Assembly (NCBI RefSeq): GCF_902459465.1
Contig: NC_047080.1
Coordinates: 1 to 64,000 of the forward strand
Direction: 5' to 3'
DNA length: 64,000 bases
Source: Asterias rubens
Lineage: Eukaryota
Positions 60,101 through 64,000 of this stretch are shown one piece after another. Under the pieces are notes generated by a model that saw nothing but the letters and a program-made list of their open reading frames with translations, did no database searches and was not told the origin of the DNA. Position numbers and translations under genes: made by a program. Within the stretch, counting starts at the first letter, position 1, and every line of letters starts with the position of its first letter.

Positions 60101-62416
60101 TAAATCATCGTAGGTACATCCTCTCTTTTAATTTTTGTCACAAATTTGAGTCATAAATGGTAATATTTTTAGACAAATGTGTCGCAATCCTGTTGGTAAG
60201 ACATTATGTCACATGCTTTATGTGAAGGCTTTGGAAACTTCCGGCTCCAAACCTGTCTAAGTTCTACATTTATTCTTACTAATGTCACACTAAAAAACAG
60301 ATTTGAAATTAATATGGTTGCACCATGTTATTATCATGCTACCTCTATTTTTATTTCTGTATGCCCCTTTGTAACCCCTAGTAAGTGGATTCAGACAAAC
60401 AACAAGTTGTCAAACCTGTTTTAAAAGCACAGTACCAACTCATCAGGCCCAAACCGGCACCTCAAACCAAACTGACACATTGGGCCAAGTGAGCAAAACA
60501 GGAACACACAATATTCCAATGGCTTATGCTTGACCACAAGAATAATTGAATGCCCCATGATTGCCACACGTTGTTAGGAGATAGGCAACAACAGCACAAA
60601 CTTGCTGAAGATAATCAGAGCATACTGATTGAAACGTTAAGTTGTCAACCACTGGTTATTTTCACAACCAACACTCGCCCACAAGAGATTTCCACTTGAT
60701 GGTGTTAGCGCAAATCTCACCTGATTATACTCCCACCATGCAAAGTTTCAAATCCTACTTAGCACAAACTTGGAAAATTCTCTTTAAAAACTTTGAGTAC
60801 CCTAAAACTAGCCATCAAAGTGACCAATCATTTCTTGGGTTCTTAATCATTCCATAAACTGACCTCTAGAGCATCCTGAGTCTTTGGTTAGTAGGGCAGA
60901 CGGTGCCAGCTTGATGTAAGAGGAAGCAACAACGACCAATTGCTGTTCCTATTAGGTGCCATTCAATTTGCCTCGGACTGGAGACAGTTTATCTCCCTTT
61001 TATTATCAGTCGAAAGCCGTCTGTAAGCTGGCTGCTAAATAGAGTAAGCCTTCCTCCATTTGTCAGTTCATTTATTGATTCTAGACGTGAAGCCAGAAAA
61101 TCAAACCTATTCACTATACTAGCCAAGAACCGTTGTTTGAGGGTAAAACCTGTGCAGTCAAGTTGGGGCTGAAAACCCATTCCACATAGTGCCCCCAGTG
61201 TGATTCGAACCAGGGTCCTATGTCGATGGCGAGGCAACACACCACTACACCAACCTGACCAGCCTTTGAGAAACACTCTGATAGGGTTGAAATGTCGGGC
61301 TGTAAACTACGCTTTGCATTTATACCATACAGTGCAGGTCCTATTGGCTGGCAGTTTGCAACAGCTAATTCTGTAGTCTCAATAAAAGTTATTTCTTTTT
61401 CCAGGTGACAAAATATCATTGCCTTAGTTTGTTCTCCGCACTTTTTTAAACATCATTTTCCCGACTGTTTCCATTGAAATCTAATTATTTGTGTCATCTC
61501 TTACTCGATTCCTACATCATCCTTGAAGCTAACGATACTCGTTTGACTCGCATCCAAGGCACCCCCAGCTGGCCATCTGGGTCTTGGCAAGCCACATTAG
61601 CTTTAATTACTGGCGGCAGCAAGCACCTGGGATTTTCCAAGCCTTAAAAACTCCTAATTGGCAACCTTGTTTCATCACTTCCTGACATTACTCACTGTAG
61701 AATCCAATCTGCAACAAAAAGTCCCCACTGTTACTAAGCTGTACTGAGATCCTGTTATAAGGGCCCCAATTTCATAGAGCTGCTTAAGCATGACAGTAGC
61801 TATTAAAGCATAACAACATTATGCAGACCAGAGTAAGGTTACCAGCCAAAATAACATTTGATATGTATGATTTGTGACTGGTTTCCTGCGTATTAATGCT
61901 TTGCAGAAATTTGCTTAGCAATATTTGCTGCCTAAGCAGCTCTATGAATTTGGGGCCCAGATCATAATTTTAGAGTTCGGTCACTAGGGAAATCACAAAA
62001 GTCCAAACTTGGCACCAAAGACAAAGGGAACAATTTTCCCACAGTGTAAGAGCATCTTTGGTTTCAAGTGTAAACAGTGCCCTCACAGATGAGCTGGAAG
62101 GAAGACCTCTTATTGGCTGAAAGTTTCATGAACATGTAGTTTGTTTAGAGACTAAGAGTCAAAAAGAGAACTGTAGTGTATTTAGTTATTTCTTGAATCA
62201 GAAAATGCGCTTTATAAGTTTGTATTATTATTAATTATTATTAAACAGGCTTCCAAGTCGGTAAGAACCTTCAGTGCTAGCCAGCTTCTGGATGGTAACG
62301 CAAGCAACCGCTCTCACTACCCACCCTTCCAGCTCCCAGGAACCTTCCATCCTGCTCACAGTCAAGCGATGTGTCTTCATCCAACGGAGCATGAGATATT
62401 CGTGTATGGAAATCAG
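51140..62416 (+). CDS. CATSPERB: Cation channel sperm-associated auxiliary subunit beta, 5' part (about 450 aa seen); continues beyond the right edge
   Basis: Exons 51140-51153 (tentative), 53322-53428 (alternative ATG at 53338, signal peptide MMLRCCYCSVFLLLIISG), 54059-54138, 54308-54460, 54905-55055, 55516-55683, 56015-56116, 56537-56688, 57132-57240, 58226-58266, 58460-58588, 62249-62416. GT-AG with consistent phases. Peptides GLAPSVTLKNTT..LHF, APCSPDIAVLGLV..GIVIGVT..WYNVT, TLIDLVLT..LLLTTHGLF and PFQLP..MCLHP..IFVYGNQ align in order with recalled human CatSper-beta motifs (GGLAPSL, CPCANDVALLG, GVYIGIT, WFNMT, SLVDMVLT..ILTSLGLF, MVFHP..YAYGNQ). Confidence 0.8.
51309..51372. repeat. Perfect 26-bp inverted repeat with a 12-nt loop
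   Basis: TAGTTGCGATAACGTAACCCTCCTCC, loop CGACGGCCGCCA, then GGAGGAGGGTTACGTTATCGCAACTA. Confidence 0.95.
55759..55865 (+). mobile_element. tRNA-derived SINE fragment
   Basis: A-box-like TGTGGTGCAATGGG and B-box-like GGGTTTGAATCCC, with no tRNA acceptor stem. Confidence 0.5.
57792..58069. mobile_element. MITE with AGTTTGCGGTAACACC TIRs containing a 42-bp tandem repeat (3 copies, 57918-58043); terminal fragments also at about 3926-3943 and 35590-35655
   Basis: AGTTTGCGGTAACACC at 57792 and GGTGTTACCACAAACT ending at 58069. CATGGTGTTACCGCAAAC recurs elsewhere in the window. Confidence 0.65.
58862..59176. repeat. 129-bp tandem duplication (about 2.4 copies; partial copy at about 58654-58712)
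   Basis: AGT(C/G)CCAAGTTATC at 58862, 58991 and 59120. Confidence 0.9.
61125..61262 (-). mobile_element. tRNA-derived SINE; related copy at about 56380-56478 (-)
   Basis: Minus strand GGTCAGGTTGGTGTAGTGG ... CCCTGGTTCGAATC ... GGGGGCACTA head is shared by both copies. Confidence 0.6.
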
Positions 62417-64000
62417 GTAGGGTAGATTTTGTTCAGTCATTGAAACTGTTTGTGGCAGCAGACAAGCCACTTGGGCAAACAGAATGCAATCATTCGCGCA
62501 AATGTATATGATTGTTTGAAAGATTGGTTTCGCACTCTGTAATGTCAATATGGTGGCGCTCTTTAATTAAGCTGGTGACACTGCGTACGTATTTGTGTAC
62601 ATCATGACATAAAATAATTAATTTGTCATTTAAACTCCACCTGACTGTGTTATCATCCAGCGAAAAACAACTCCACCTGACTGCGTTATCAACCAGCGAA
62701 AAACACCCTATACACCATCTGCTTATTATGGGTTATCTTGCTGTATGCCATTTTTAAAAGCACCCACCAACACATCAGATGGAATGTTCATTTGCCTATG
62801 GTTGCAAAAGACACAAAAACCACAACAATACCACACAATACAACCAATATGAGCCGATGTAATTTGTACGTCTTGAGTGAGTACTACTCCTTCCCAAACC
62901 GATGTTATACCGTCCCTTTCTAAAATTGGAAAAGCTTAAGTTGTAGGAACATCCCTTTTGATCTTCCTGGTATTAATATCCCACATAAAGACATCATTGC
63001 AGATTGGATCTGGCAACAGGATTCTAACCAGGGTGGTTAACTGAAAAAAGGGAAGTACCGTTAAGCCACCTTGATCCATACGTGGGCTGAATATTCTTGA
63101 ATAGAGGTAACTGCAATTCATGCTCGTGTAGGGAATGCTTATCAAAAGTGATTTGTGTTGCCGGGAATTTACATCCAGCTGCTCAAGCGAGTAACCGTGG
63201 TCTAGATTTTTTCACATATTTATGTCCCTTTGTTTCTTGCTATAAAAGCAAAGTATTCAAGCTTTTAAAATTGATGGGAAAGACAGGGACTCGGCTGCAG
63301 AGCTAAATTTCAAATAGCTGCTTCTTAAGCAGAAAAGATTGCTCAACAATTGTCTGCTAAGCAGAAATGAGCAGTAAACCAGTCATAAATTGTACAGGTG
63401 GCATGTTATTTTGGCCGGTAACCTCATTCTTGTAAGCATCATTTTGATGTGCTTTAGGCTACTCTTTGTGCTCAAAGGCAGCTCTATAAAATTTGGCCCA
63501 TCAGTTGTTGAAGCCAATCGGCCAACCCAGTCGGCACATAGCAAGACCTTCTAGTTTCTACCACATTTATTTCCATATGCCAACCCACCTGCTCATCCCC
63601 AAGTCTCGCTATTGACACGACCGACCTATACAGAGAGCACACAGGAAACGAAACTCGGTGATGATGGCTAAAGATGGCTGGAAGTTCCCCCCTTGTGATT
63701 AGTCATGTGGAGGTGTGAACTGATGGGGGAACTGAACTTCTTGGTCTTCTTGTATTGTTGTTTTGTCTTGGTGTCTGCACTCTACTTCTATGTTGAGACT
63801 CTGCAAAGTCCGATGTTGGAATATCATGCTTAGACACGCGAGCTTGCACCTGTGCTTATAAGACAGTTTCTTCATTCCTATTGGTCGAGAGCAACGGCTG
63901 AAACAGTTGTGCCACATCACGCGATACGCTTGACGCGCACAGCATCTCCAAGGAGTTGTTTACTCGAGGGCTTTACCATTTCATAGCTGGAGGAGTGTTG

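Noticed and set aside
27178-61262. Genuine tRNA genes at the tRNA-like heads
   Set aside because: None forms a complete cloverleaf; they are diverged and followed by shared repeat bodies, which fits SINEs.
62936-63200. Next CatSper-beta exon after YGNQ
   Set aside because: No phase-0 exon with the expected IWLSxDGG-like motif was found; it probably lies beyond the window.

Overview
This is eukaryotic (animal) genomic DNA with GT-AG introns; a marine invertebrate deuterostome such as an echinoderm is plausible, but that is inference only. Four host genes could be reconstructed by hand: (1) the first coding exon of a regucalcin/SMP-30 gene (minus strand, runs off the left edge, apparent 1-nt frameshift); (2) a complete 10-exon eIF3g gene (plus, 298 aa); (3) a complete 14-exon, about 809-aa receptor with signal peptide, Ig-like, EGF, four Ig, TM and TIR domains (minus); (4) the 5' part of a CatSper-beta gene (plus, runs off the right edge), head-to-head with the receptor. 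The 2-20 kb interval is a mobile-element and repeat cluster. It holds a Gypsy-like pol remnant, a decayed DIRS-type tyrosine-recombinase retrotransposon (gag knuckle, RT, RNase H, methyltransferase-like, YR), a solo LTR, three satellite or foldback arrays, and a duplicated double-hairpin motif with a compensatory base change. The most unusual observations are: a 23-copy tandem array that reiterates an exon end plus its splice donor in the TIR receptor gene, with an in-frame stop right behind the true donor; two hairpin-containing arrays 30 kb apart that share a core motif; and a 2.1-kb foldback array upstream of eIF3g. No prokaryotic features, no true CRISPR array and no supportable rRNA or tRNA genes were found. 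All protein-family assignments come from motif recall, not database searches.
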